Assembly: GCF_988243305.1 (NCBI RefSeq) | Contig: NZ_OZ547136.1 | DNA: 64,000 bases | Reading direction: 5' to 3' (one strand) | Part shown: positions 21,325-33,381 of the stretch, one piece after another | How the letters are laid out: every line of letters begins with the position of its first letter | Numbering within the stretch: the stretch's first letter is position 1 | The notes under the pieces: generated by a model | What the model saw: only the letters and a program-made list of their open reading frames with translations | Database searches by the model: none | Told to the model about the DNA's origin: nothing | Position numbers and translations under genes: made by a program

Positions 21325-21370
21325 GTGAGGAAGGCCGGGCGGGAAACTGCCCGGCCTGAACATACCTGAA

Positions 21371-21508
21371 TGGTTATCCCCGCTGACGTGGGGAACATAA
21401 GTTCGACAACTTAAAAAATGATAACAAGTCCGGTTTATCCCCGCTGATGCAGGGAACATAATAAAAACTTTAACTAGTTCGGTTTATCCCTGTTGTTACA
21501 AGGAATAT
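21371..21508 (-). CRISPR. Degenerate CRISPR remnant: 3 decayed type I-E repeats with 32-bp and 20-bp spacers
   Basis: Plus-strand repeats tggttatccccgctgacgtggggaacat (21371-21398), cggtttatccccgctgatgcagggaacat (21431-21459), cggtttatccctgttgttacaaggaatat (21480-21508). Confidence 0.6.
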
Positions 21509-21962
21509 TAACTACACTCGATGTCCTTAGAATAAAAGACAACGCAAACCGTACTTTATCAATTTTCATTTAAAGTATGAACTGGATATCTTTATTCATA
21601 AGAACTATTCATCAACAGCCTATAGAGACGGTTATGTAAAACCACTCATTAGCCTCAAAACAAAGACAAATTTCCAGATTTATTACTTAATCAATGAATA
21701 ATAAGCTTAAAAAACAATCTATTATCCTAAAGAAAAAATTAACAAACATCAATTCAATATTAAAAAAATAATATATGATAATTTCTTAATGATTTAAGTA
21801 TCATACAACTAACACTTTAATTAAATTTGATTTTTTGTATCGATAATTGTGAACTTATCATATATGGAGAGCTATTTTGAACATGAGGTGTTACGTGGAT
21901 ATATTGCTTAATACGAGTACTGCTAATATAAAAACTTGAGAAAGAGATAACGGGTTATATGG

Positions 21963-22418
21963 TGGTTTATCCCCGCTGGCGCGGGGAACTCCGTCAGTGT
22001 GCCAGTTGCTACTGTTTCCCATACGGTTTATCCCCGCTGACGCGGGGAACTCATCAGTGATATCCAACATTGCGGAGCTAAACGCGGTTTATCCCCGCTG
22101 GCGCGGGGAACTCTATAAATGTGCCATATACGGCGTTTGTTGCCTCGGTTTATCCCCGCTGGCGCGGGGAACTCCTCCCGGTGATGCGGGTTATGTGGCC
22201 TGCCGCCGGTTTATCCCCGCTGGCGCGGGGAACTCTTCGCCGCGTCAACAATTCGGACCTGTAAATCCGGTTTATCCCCGCTGGCGCGGGGAACTCATCC
22301 GGCGAACGCGCTACAGAGTACAGTTCACCGGTTTATCCCCGCTGGCGCGGGGAACTCGGAAACCGCCCCGGCGGTGGTTAGCTGTTTGCCGGTTTATCCC
22401 CGCTGGCGCGGGGAACTC
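21963..22418 (-). CRISPR. Type I-E CRISPR array, 8 repeats (29 bp) and 7 spacers (32 bp each)
   Basis: Plus-strand repeat cggtttatccccgctggcgcggggaactc at 21963, 22024, 22085, 22146, 22207, 22268, 22329, 22390; reverse complement is the canonical E. coli repeat, so crRNA is from the minus strand. Repeat at 21963 starts with t, repeat at 22024 has gctgAcgc. Confidence 0.95.
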
Positions 22419-22560
22419 TCTAAACATAACCTATTATTAATTAATAATTTTTTAAGCCAGTCACAATCTACCAACTTTATAGTATCACACAAACAACACA
22501 TCCATTATGTTAAAGAGCACTTAATCCATTGATTGAAAAGCTAAATATTTAAAGTAATCC
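22419..22560 (-). promoter_or_regulatory. Putative CRISPR leader (AT-rich) adjacent to the newest repeat
   Basis: AT-rich sequence tctaaacataacctattattaattaataattttttaagcc... upstream of the first repeat in the direction of transcription; degenerate repeats lie at the opposite end. Confidence 0.5.
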
Positions 22561-22757
22561 TATACCGACTAAAATCTACCAAACTTTACCGCAATAATTT
22601 TCACTCCAGCGAAAAATTAATGCCGCAGAATTTGTAGAGAATGCTAATGATTAGCCCTGGATGGGTAAAATGGAGGAGTTTTCAGAGGCGACAAACAATA
22701 TAAATGAGTAGAAATCTTTACAGGTTCCACCCATTTATAACGCTTATAAATGTTTAA

Positions 22758-23429
22758 TCAGGCAATATTTAGATATTTATGTGTTTGCATCGACAAACGC
22801 CAATTACGAGCAATGCAGGTTTCAATGCACAATCGTGTGGCATCATCCTTTTGGCTAATCGGCTGCAGTGCAATGACTCGCGGTTTATCATCGGTCAGCG
22901 TCGCCAAAAGTTCATCCAGTGCTTCAATATCACGTACGCGTCCCACTGGATGCTTGATTTCGTTGGCTCGCTCCAGTGCCTGTGACAACACTTCATAGCC
23001 GCCGCGCATGTTCAGCTTTGGCGATACGGTAACCCAGGTATTCGGTGTGCAGCGTACCTCATGAGTACCACTGGTTTCGATCTGGCAGCTAAAACCGTTC
23101 TTTTCGAGCAGGTCAGTCAGTGGCAGCAAATCATGAATGCAAGGCTCACCACCCGTAATCACCACATGCCGCGCGGTGTATCCCTGGCGACCAATGACAG
23201 CCAGCAAGTCTTCACTGCTCGCCGCCCCCCACTTATCACTCTCTTTGGTCTTCGCCAGAATGCTGAAAAGGGAGACTTCCCGATCCTCAAGCTTTTCCCA
23301 GGTGTGTTTGGTGTCGCACCAGGCACAGCCAACCGGGCATCCCTGTAAACGAATAAAAATGGCGGGGACGCCGGTAAAGTAACCCTCACCTTGCAGGGTC
23401 TGGAACATCTCGTTAATCGGGTACTGCAT
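22758..23429 (-). CDS. queE: 7-carboxy-7-deazaguanine synthase, radical SAM (223 aa)
   Basis: 223 aa ORF with the cysteine cluster QGCPVGCAWCDTKHTW. Confidence 0.92.
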   Translation of the reverse strand: MQYPINEMFQTLQGEGYFTGVPAIFIRLQGCPVGCAWCDTKHTWEKLEDREVSLFSILAKTKESDKWGAASSEDLLAVIGRQGYTARHVVITGGEPCIHDLLPLTDLLEKNGFSCQIETSGTHEVRCTPNTWVTVSPKLNMRGGYEVLSQALERANEIKHPVGRVRDIEALDELLATLTDDKPRVIALQPISQKDDATRLCIETCIARNWRLSMQTHKYLNIA

Positions 23430-23601
23430 AGCATTCTCTGTGAAGTGGATAATTGTTAATTATTGCAGATCCTGCCACAACAATCATGTCTTATTAACAT
23501 TCTGTTACAGGCAGTTTTAAGGCAAAAAGTGGATTAGATCATAAAGAATAAAATGAAGCAGAGTATTATGTTTTAAGGAATTAATTAAAAGGGATTTAAA
23601 C

Positions 23602-24204
23602 ATGCTCAGAATATTCATCGTAATTATATTTATTTTCAATTTATCAGGCTGTGGATATAACGATATTCAAACCTATGATGAGCAGGTTAACGCCTCCTGG
23701 TCTGAGGTATTGAATCAATATCAACGTCGCGCCGATCTTATTCCTAATCTTGTCGCCAGCATTAAAGGTTATTCCAGCCATGAACGAGATGTACTGGAAG
23801 CCGTAACATTGGCTCGTAGCCAGGCTAATCGCGCCAGTAGCGATCTTCAGCAAACTCCGGGCGATGAACAAAAATTACAAGCCTGGCAACAGGCTCAAGC
23901 GCAGGTGACTCGCACTCTCGGTCAGTTAACGATAATTAGTGAGCGTTACCCTGAGTTAAAATCTCAGGAACTCTATCAAAATTTAATGGTACAGCTTGAA
24001 GGAAGTGAAAATCGGATTGCCGTTGCGCGAGGAAGATATATTAAAGCCATTGAACAATATAATGTCACTATCCGCAAATTCCCCGCTGTGTTAACCGCAA
24101 AGGTCATGGATTACACACCAAAGAAAAATTATTTGCCGGATGATGTCGCCGCAGTAAGTAAAGCCCCAACAATAGATTTTAGCCAGAATGCTAATGCTCA
24201 TTAA
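23602..24204 (+). CDS. LemA-family protein, predicted lipoprotein (200 aa)
   Basis: N-terminal signal with lipobox NLSGC (Cys17), followed by a LemA-like helical domain; first gene of a 4-gene operon. Confidence 0.8.
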   Translation: MLRIFIVIIFIFNLSGCGYNDIQTYDEQVNASWSEVLNQYQRRADLIPNLVASIKGYSSHERDVLEAVTLARSQANRASSDLQQTPGDEQKLQAWQQAQAQVTRTLGQLTIISERYPELKSQELYQNLMVQLEGSENRIAVARGRYIKAIEQYNVTIRKFPAVLTAKVMDYTPKKNYLPDDVAAVSKAPTIDFSQNANAH

Positions 24205-24217
24205 GCGGGGAAGTTCT

Positions 24218-25111
24218 ATGCGAAATTTTATCTTCCTTATGGCTTTCTTCTGTTCATCTGTGTTTGCCACACAAATTCCAGTACCTGAATCACCCAAGTA
24301 TGTGAATGACTTAACCGGCACATTAACAAACAGCGAAGTAAACACCCTGACCAACCAGATTAAAGCCCTGACGCAAAAAAACTACGCACAGTTGGTCGTG
24401 TTAGTGGTTGAAACAACTGGCGATGAAACCATCGAGCAGTACGCAACGCGGGTATTCGATAGCTGGAAACCGGGTGATAAAGACCACGATGATGGCGTTC
24501 TACTGTTAGTCGCCTGGCAGGATCATACCGTGCGTATTGAAATCGGTTACGGACTGGAAGGTATTATTACGGATGCACAGTCCGGGAAAATTATTCGCAA
24601 CAGTATTATTCCGGCATTTAAAAAAGGGGACCTGGCTGGTGGTTTGCAAAAGGGAATCAGCGATATTGAAAGTCGTCTGACGGGGAATAATTTAGCAACG
24701 ATAACACCGACCGATCACCCTTTGCCTTTTAGCGGTTGGTGGGCTTTGTTAGTCTGGGCGATAGTACTGACGTTTATTTCTGCCAGAGGATATATCAAAA
24801 CGCTGGGAGTAATTTGCTTCGCAGCTATTGTACTGGCCTTTGTTTTACCTATAGCAGGCTTCAGCGGAAGCTGGGGAGTACTCGCAACATTACTCTGCTT
24901 CGCCACACCGTTCCTGGCTGTCGCCATCGCTTTTACCCCCTTCGGCAAAAAGGTTCGGGATTCGATGCGTGATGCCAACCAGCCATCACGCCATACAAGA
25001 AGCAATTCTTCCTCCCACTATTCATCATCGTCATCCTCTTCATTCAACAATGACAATTTCAGCGGTGGTGGCGGTTCATCTGGTGGCGGTGGCGCTTCCG
25101 GGCGCTGGTAA
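24218..25111 (+). CDS. TPM-domain (YgcG-like) membrane protein, paralog 1 (297 aa)
   Basis: Signal peptide MRNFIFLMAFFCSSVFA, TPM-like core (GVLLLVAWQDHTVRIEIGYGLEG), 3 predicted TM helices, tail ...FSGGGGSSGGGGASGRW; 13-bp gap after lemA stop. Confidence 0.8.
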   Translation: MRNFIFLMAFFCSSVFATQIPVPESPKYVNDLTGTLTNSEVNTLTNQIKALTQKNYAQLVVLVVETTGDETIEQYATRVFDSWKPGDKDHDDGVLLLVAWQDHTVRIEIGYGLEGIITDAQSGKIIRNSIIPAFKKGDLAGGLQKGISDIESRLTGNNLATITPTDHPLPFSGWWALLVWAIVLTFISARGYIKTLGVICFAAIVLAFVLPIAGFSGSWGVLATLLCFATPFLAVAIAFTPFGKKVRDSMRDANQPSRHTRSNSSSHYSSSSSSSFNNDNFSGGGGSSGGGGASGRW

Positions 25112-25125
25112 CAAAAGGAATTGAT

Positions 25126-26274
25126 ATGCGTATTTTTCTCTTACTTCTGATGCTATGCGGTTTTCAGGTATTCGCTGAACAATTGCCTTCAGTAACTGAC
25201 TTAACCGGGACATTAACGACAGAAGAACAAACTGCTTTAACTCAACAATTACAGACTCTCGAGCAGCAAAACCACTTCCAGGTGGCCGTGTTGGTCACGC
25301 CGACCACAGGGGGCAAAAACATTAAACTTGCAGCCTCGCAGAGATACGGGGTATATCACTGGAAACCCGTTGGAGAGAAGCGATATGGCGAAGGTATCTT
25401 AATTCTCGTCGTATGGCCGGAAGGGCTGGCGTCAATGAAGATTGGACATGGACTGGAACAGATGTTGCCGCCGGAACAAGCTTCGCAAATTGTTCGTTAC
25501 CATATGCAGCCAGAATTCGAAAAAAACAATCTCTTTGCTGGATTAACGGGCGGAATTGAAAGCATCGCACAGTTTACCCATATCAAAGCGAACCTTAGCC
25601 CTTTGGATGCTTTAGCCAATCATCTGTTTGCTAATCCGCAACGTTCGCTGCCTTGTCTTGCCTGGACACTGCTGATGATCGTTGCCATCGTTGTCCTCTG
25701 GCGATTTGCCAGCCGCCCAGGGCGTGGCATATGGATGATATCGATGATTACCCCTATGGTCTGGTTTTTCTCCTTTCAGGACGATGTCATCATTCGGCGG
25801 GTATCGGTCGTTTGTTTTAGTTTATTGTTAGCAACAACCTGCAAGCAGCGTCTCGCGGTAGTTTTTAATATGTGCCGCGTATTTCCTATGATGCTGACCC
25901 CAAAAAATAAAAACGCTAAAGTGAAAAAACAAAAGAAGACTCCGCAGGTTCGTGAATCAGGACGAAATTCATTGTTTGTCGTGATGCTGATAATTATTGT
26001 GGGATGGTGCCTGGTGTTCGCCAGTAATAAAGATATTGCATTCATCTCAACAATTATTGGGTTAATTGATCATTTTATCGGCCCAATAACCATTGCTGGC
26101 ATCGTTCTGCTGATCATTGTGGCCAAATTTACTGGCAATCTTAAGCTGGGATCAGGAGAAAAAAGCAACAGGAAAACGGGGAATCGTAATGCTCATTCTC
26201 GCTCTTCGTCGAGAAATTCTTTCCGCGGTGGTGGCGGTTCTTCAGGAGGCGGCGGTTCATCCGGCCGTTGGTGA
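25126..26274 (+). CDS. TPM-domain (YgcG-like) membrane protein, paralog 2, diverged (382 aa)
   Basis: Signal peptide MRIFLLLLMLCGFQVFA, diverged TPM core (GILILVVWPEGLASMKIGHGLE), lysine-rich segment KNKNAKVKKQKK, TM helices, tail RGGGGSSGGGGSSGRW. Confidence 0.75.
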   Translation: MRIFLLLLMLCGFQVFAEQLPSVTDLTGTLTTEEQTALTQQLQTLEQQNHFQVAVLVTPTTGGKNIKLAASQRYGVYHWKPVGEKRYGEGILILVVWPEGLASMKIGHGLEQMLPPEQASQIVRYHMQPEFEKNNLFAGLTGGIESIAQFTHIKANLSPLDALANHLFANPQRSLPCLAWTLLMIVAIVVLWRFASRPGRGIWMISMITPMVWFFSFQDDVIIRRVSVVCFSLLLATTCKQRLAVVFNMCRVFPMMLTPKNKNAKVKKQKKTPQVRESGRNSLFVVMLIIIVGWCLVFASNKDIAFISTIIGLIDHFIGPITIAGIVLLIIVAKFTGNLKLGSGEKSNRKTGNRNAHSRSSSRNSFRGGGGSSGGGGSSGRW

Positions 26275-26279
26275 TCGTA

Positions 26280-27185
26280 ATGCGCTTAATCTTTATTCTA
26301 CTTGCTTTGTGGAGCCTTCCCGGGCTTGCCCAGCAAATTGCTGTGCCGGAGCTGCGCCAACAAGTGACTGATATTACTGGTACGTTAAGCACGTCTGAAC
26401 AGCAATCGCTAACGCAGCAGCTGCAGGATATTACACATAAAACACGGGCGCAGGTCGCTGTATTAGTAGTGCCGTCCACCGGAGACGATTCCATTGAACA
26501 ATATGCAGCACGCGTTTTTGATAGCTGGAAACTGGGAGATAAGCAGAGAAACGATGGTATTTTACTTCTGGTTGCCTGGGAGGAGCATGCTGTTCGTATT
26601 GAGGTTGGCTACGGGCTGGAAGGGGTGGTTACCGACCTGCAAGCGGCGAAGATTATCAGAGATATTTTGATCCCTGCCTTCAAAAGTGATGACCTGATGG
26701 GTGGATTAACACTGGCAAGCGAAAATATCGGCGCGCTTCTGTTGAATGGTGAATTATCGGAAGACAGGGGGGATTATTACAGTATCAATCCCTTTATTCC
26801 ATTATCGCTTGCTGTAATTATATTGCTGGCGGTACTTTCATATTTTATTGTTTTTACCGATCCGTCGAATTTACCCTGGATCACTCTCACTGGCGCCATT
26901 TACGGGATGGTATTCCTCTATGTTGCCGAGCCAGGACCATGGACCAATTTAATCGTTGCCTGCGGTATGCTCACGCCTTTTGCCATCGTACCACTGCTTA
27001 TTTTTTGGCTTATCGTTAATAAAAAGCTACGCGCTAAATACAAGAAGCTCGGTAAAGAAAGAGCTTCAAGAAAAGGTTCTTCTTCATCCTCTTCCGGTGG
27101 CGGCTCAAGTGGCGGAGGCTCAGGCGGTGGCTTTAGCGGCGGGGGCGGTTCTTCTGGCGGTGGCGGCGCGTCCGGTCGCTGGTAA
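26280..27185 (+). CDS. ygcG: TPM-domain membrane protein, paralog 3 (301 aa), probable counterpart of K-12 ygcG
   Basis: Signal peptide MRLIFILLALWSLPGLA, TPM core (GILLLVAWEEHAVRIEVGYGLEG), TM helices, tail GGGGSSGGGGASGRW; last gene before the terminator hairpin and eno, the position ygcG holds in K-12. Confidence 0.75.
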   Translation: MRLIFILLALWSLPGLAQQIAVPELRQQVTDITGTLSTSEQQSLTQQLQDITHKTRAQVAVLVVPSTGDDSIEQYAARVFDSWKLGDKQRNDGILLLVAWEEHAVRIEVGYGLEGVVTDLQAAKIIRDILIPAFKSDDLMGGLTLASENIGALLLNGELSEDRGDYYSINPFIPLSLAVIILLAVLSYFIVFTDPSNLPWITLTGAIYGMVFLYVAEPGPWTNLIVACGMLTPFAIVPLLIFWLIVNKKLRAKYKKLGKERASRKGSSSSSSGGGSSGGGSGGGFSGGGGSSGGGGASGRW

Positions 27186-27203
27186 CTCAACCATAAAAAA
27201 TGC

Positions 27204-27217
27204 CAGCCCGAAGGCTG
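27204..27217. repeat. Target-site duplication (left copy) of IS4 insertion, CAGCCCGAAGGCTG
   Basis: Identical 14-bp sequence directly flanks both IS4 ends (also 28644-28657); the true duplication may be 13 bp given the palindromic target. Confidence 0.8.
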
Positions 27218-28643
27218 TAATGCCGATCAGTTAAGGATCAGTTGACCGATCCAGTGGCTGTGTAAGAATCCGGAAACGCTCACTTGTTTCCGGATTTTTT
27301 TATGCACATTGGACAGGCTCTTGATCTGGTATCCCGTTACGATTCTCTGCGTAACCCACTGACTTCTCTGGGGGATTACCTCGACCCCGAACTCATCTCT
27401 CGTTGCCTTGCCGAATCAGGTACTGTAACGCTACGCAAGCGCCGTCTTCCCCTCGAAATGATGGTCTGGTGTATTGTTGGCATGGCGCTTGAGCGTAAAG
27501 AACCTCTTCACCAGATTGTGAATCGCCTGGACATCATGCTGCCGGGCAATCGCCCCTTCGTTGCCCCCAGTGCCGTTATTCAGGCCCGCCAGCGCCTGGG
27601 AAGTGAGGCTGTCCGCCGCGTGTTCACGAAAACAGCGCAGCTCTGGCATAACGCCACGCCGCATCCGCACTGGTGCGGCCTGACCCTGCTGGCCATCGAT
27701 GGTGTGTTCTGGCGCACACCGGATACACCAGAGAACGATGCAGCCTTCCCCCGCCAGACACATGCCGGGAACCCGGCGCTCTACCCGCAGGTCAAAATGG
27801 TCTGCCAGATGGAACTGACCAGCCATCTGCTGACGGCTGCAGCCTTCGGCACGATGAAGAACAGCGAAAATGAGCTTGCTGAGCAACTTATAGAACAAAC
27901 CGGCGATAACACTCTGACGTTAATGGATAAAGGTTATTACTCACTGGGACTGTTAAATGCCTGGAGCCTGGCGGGAGAACACCGCCACTGGATGATACCT
28001 CTCAGAAAGGGAGCGCAATATGAAGAGATCAGAAAACTGGGTAAAGGCGATCATCTGGTGAAGCTGAAAACCAGCCCGCAGGCACGAAAAAAGTGGCCGG
28101 GACTGGGAAATGAAGTGACAGCCCGCCTGCTGACCGTGACGCGCAAAGGAAAAGTCTGCCATCTGCTGACGTCGATGACGGACGCCATGCGCTTCCCCGG
28201 AGGAGAAATGGCGGATCTGTACAGTCATCGCTGGGAAATCGAACTGGGATACAGGGAGATAAAACAGACGATGCAACTGAGCAGGCTGACGCTGAGAAGT
28301 AAAAAACCGGAGCTTGTGGAGCAAGAGCTGTGGGGTGTCTTACTGGCTTATAATCTGGTGAGATATCAGATGATTAAAATGGCGGAACATCTGAAAGGTT
28401 ACTGGCCGAATCAACTGAGTTTCTCAGAATCATGTGGAATGGTGATGAGAATGCTGATGACATTGCAGGGCGCTTCACCGGGACGTATACCGGAGCTGAT
28501 GCGCGATCTTGCAAGTATGGGACAACTTGTGAAATTACCGACAAGAAGGGAAAGGGCCTTCCCGAGAGTGGTAAAGGAGAGGCCCTGGAAATACCCCACA
28601 GCCCCGAAAAAGAGCCAGTCAGTTGCTTAACTGACTGGCATTA
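27218..28643 (+). mobile_element. Insertion sequence IS4, complete (1426 bp)
   Basis: Imperfect terminal inverted repeats TAATGCCGATCAGTTAAGG (27218-27236) and TAATGCCAGTCAGTTAAGC (reverse complement of 28625-28643); single 442-aa transposase ORF; 1426 bp matches the recalled IS4 size; flanking direct repeats. Confidence 0.9.
27302..28630 (+). CDS. insG: IS4 transposase (442 aa from [14 protein letters not shown])
   Basis: ORF track 27284..28630; recognised as IS4-family transposase sequence. Confidence 0.88.
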   Translation: MHIGQALDLVSRYDSLRNPLTSLGDYLDPELISRCLAESGTVTLRKRRLPLEMMVWCIVGMALERKEPLHQIVNRLDIMLPGNRPFVAPSAVIQARQRLGSEAVRRVFTKTAQLWHNATPHPHWCGLTLLAIDGVFWRTPDTPENDAAFPRQTHAGNPALYPQVKMVCQMELTSHLLTAAAFGTMKNSENELAEQLIEQTGDNTLTLMDKGYYSLGLLNAWSLAGEHRHWMIPLRKGAQYEEIRKLGKGDHLVKLKTSPQARKKWPGLGNEVTARLLTVTRKGKVCHLLTSMTDAMRFPGGEMADLYSHRWEIELGYREIKQTMQLSRLTLRSKKPELVEQELWGVLLAYNLVRYQMIKMAEHLKGYWPNQLSFSESCGMVMRMLMTLQGASPGRIPELMRDLASMGQLVKLPTRRERAFPRVVKERPWKYPTAPKKSQSVA

Positions 28644-28657
28644 CAGCCCGAAGGCTG
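28644..28657. repeat. Target-site duplication (right copy) of IS4 insertion, CAGCCCGAAGGCTG
   Basis: Matches 27204-27217; rejoining the flanks rebuilds a palindromic hairpin aaaaaatgccagcc-cgaa-ggctggcattttt. Confidence 0.8.
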
Positions 28658-28684
28658 GCATTTTTAAATCAGATAAAGTCAGAC

Positions 28685-29998
<1,314 letters not shown>

Positions 29999-30069
29999 TC
30001 ACTAGTTAAACTGAAACTCCAGACAAACAACGCGTACCCAGGGTACGCGTTGCCGTTCTAACTTTTTTC

Positions 30070-31722
<1,653 letters not shown>

Positions 31723-31934
31723 TTAGGTTGAAAAGACGATGGAATAACCAGGACGGGAAAGCAGTATACCCGAACATGACCTGTGCCACAAACTTTCATT
31801 ATCCCTCCTCTTCGCCAGCGCACTATTGAAATCAGGAGTGAGAAAATAGCCCCTTTGGGGTAAATGTTTTTGACGCAAATCAAGCGCTTGTCATTTAAAA
31901 AATGACACAAATCGCGCTTGACCACGTAATTCCC

Positions 31935-32726
31935 TTAGAGATCAATTTCCTGCCGTTTTACCTGTTGCCAGACTTCTTCCATTGTTTCGAGGTCAACACC
32001 TGTCATTTCCAGTCCACGCGCGGCAACAATACGCTCCACTTCGCGAAAACGACGCTCGAATTTTTCGTTCGCTTTTTGCAATGCGATTTCCGCTTTTGTC
32101 CCTAAATGACGAGCCAGATTGACCGTGGCAAACAGCAGGTCGCCCATTTCCTCCTCCAGTTTAGCCTGGTCGATAACAGCCTGCCGTGCCTCGTACATCA
32201 CCTCGTCGATCTCTTCGTAGACTTTATCGACTACCGGACCAAGCGTCGTCCAGTCAAAACCAACGTTGGCGCAACGTTTCTGGATTTTTTGCGCACGCAT
32301 TAAAGCCGGTAAACTACGAGGAATATCGTCCAGCGCCGAATGCTGCGCTTTCTGCGCGCGCTCTTCGGTTTTGATTTGCTCCCAACGGGCAAGCACTTCA
32401 CTACTGTTTTCGGCAGAACTGTCAGCAAAAACATGCGGATGGCGACGTTCTAATTTATCGCTGATCGCGGCGCATATATCATTAAAGTCAAAGCGCCCTT
32501 CTTCCTGAGCCATTTGTGCGTAAAACACCACCTGGAACAGCAGATCGCCCAGTTCACCGCGAAGATCGTCAAAATCTTCACGGGCGATGGCGTCCAGCAC
32601 CTCGTAGGTTTCTTCAAGGGTGTAAGGCGCAATGGTGGCAAATGTCTGCTCTTTATCCCACGGGCAGCCGTTTTCCGGATCGCGCAGGCGCTGCATGATG
32701 GTGAGCAAACGGTCGATTTGATTCAT
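31935..32726 (-). CDS. mazG: Nucleoside triphosphate pyrophosphohydrolase MazG (263 aa)
   Basis: 263 aa ORF downstream of mazF in the relA-mazEFG arrangement. Confidence 0.92.
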   Translation of the reverse strand: MNQIDRLLTIMQRLRDPENGCPWDKEQTFATIAPYTLEETYEVLDAIAREDFDDLRGELGDLLFQVVFYAQMAQEEGRFDFNDICAAISDKLERRHPHVFADSSAENSSEVLARWEQIKTEERAQKAQHSALDDIPRSLPALMRAQKIQKRCANVGFDWTTLGPVVDKVYEEIDEVMYEARQAVIDQAKLEEEMGDLLFATVNLARHLGTKAEIALQKANEKFERRFREVERIVAARGLEMTGVDLETMEEVWQQVKRQEIDL

Positions 32727-32797
32727 TAGAATGTCCTGAAAATTGCGGGTCTGTCAGGTGGAAACCTGTGACCAGAATAGAAGTGAGTTAGTAACAC

Positions 32798-33133
32798 CTA
32801 CCCAATCAGCACGTTAATTTTGGCTTTAATGAGCTGTAATTCCTCTGGGGCAACCGTTCCTTTCTTCGTTGCTCCTCTTGCCCGCCAGGCGATACTTTTT
32901 ACCTGATCAGCTAACGCTACGCCATCACGTTCCTGACCGGATAAAACAACTTCGAACGGATATCCTTTTGATTGCGTTGTACAAGGAACACACAGACACA
33001 TACCTGTTTTGTTGTTGTACATGAACGGACTCAGGACAACAGCCGGACGATGTCCGGCTTGCTCGCTACCTTTTGTCGGGTCAAAATCAACCCAAATCAG
33101 ATCGCCCATATCGGGTACGTATCGGCTTACCAT
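32798..33133 (-). CDS. mazF: MazF toxin, ACA-specific mRNA interferase (111 aa)
   Basis: 111 aa [39 protein letters not shown]...; overlaps mazE by 1 bp. Confidence 0.93.
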   Translation of the reverse strand: MVSRYVPDMGDLIWVDFDPTKGSEQAGHRPAVVLSPFMYNNKTGMCLCVPCTTQSKGYPFEVVLSGQERDGVALADQVKSIAWRARGATKKGTVAPEELQLIKAKINVLIG

Positions 33134-33381
33134 TACCAGACTTCCTTATCTTTCGGCTCCCCCCAGTCGATATTCTCGTGGAGGTTTTCCGGCGTGATGT
33201 CGTTGACCAGTTCAGCAAGCGTAAATACGGGCTCTTTACGCACTGGCTCAATAATTAATTTGCCATCCACCAGGTCAATCTTCACTTCATCATCAATATT
33301 CAGATTGAGCGCCTGCATTAACGTAGCCGGGATCCGCACCGCCGGTGAATTTCCCCAACGCTTTACGCTACTGTGGATCAT
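33133..33381 (-). CDS. mazE: MazE antitoxin (82 aa)
   Basis: 82 aa [31 protein letters not shown]... (AbrB/SpoVT-like fold). Confidence 0.93.

Noticed and set aside
21997-22440. 147-aa plus-strand ORF spanning the CRISPR array
   Set aside because: Its translation is periodic (repeated FIPAGAGNS / LSPLARGT blocks) because it reads through the repeats; an array artefact, not a gene.
27284-28630. Initial impression that the transposase was IS186
   Set aside because: Element length (1426 bp), a 442-aa transposase and TAATGCC... terminal repeats fit IS4; the IS186 transposase I recall is shorter and unrelated in sequence.
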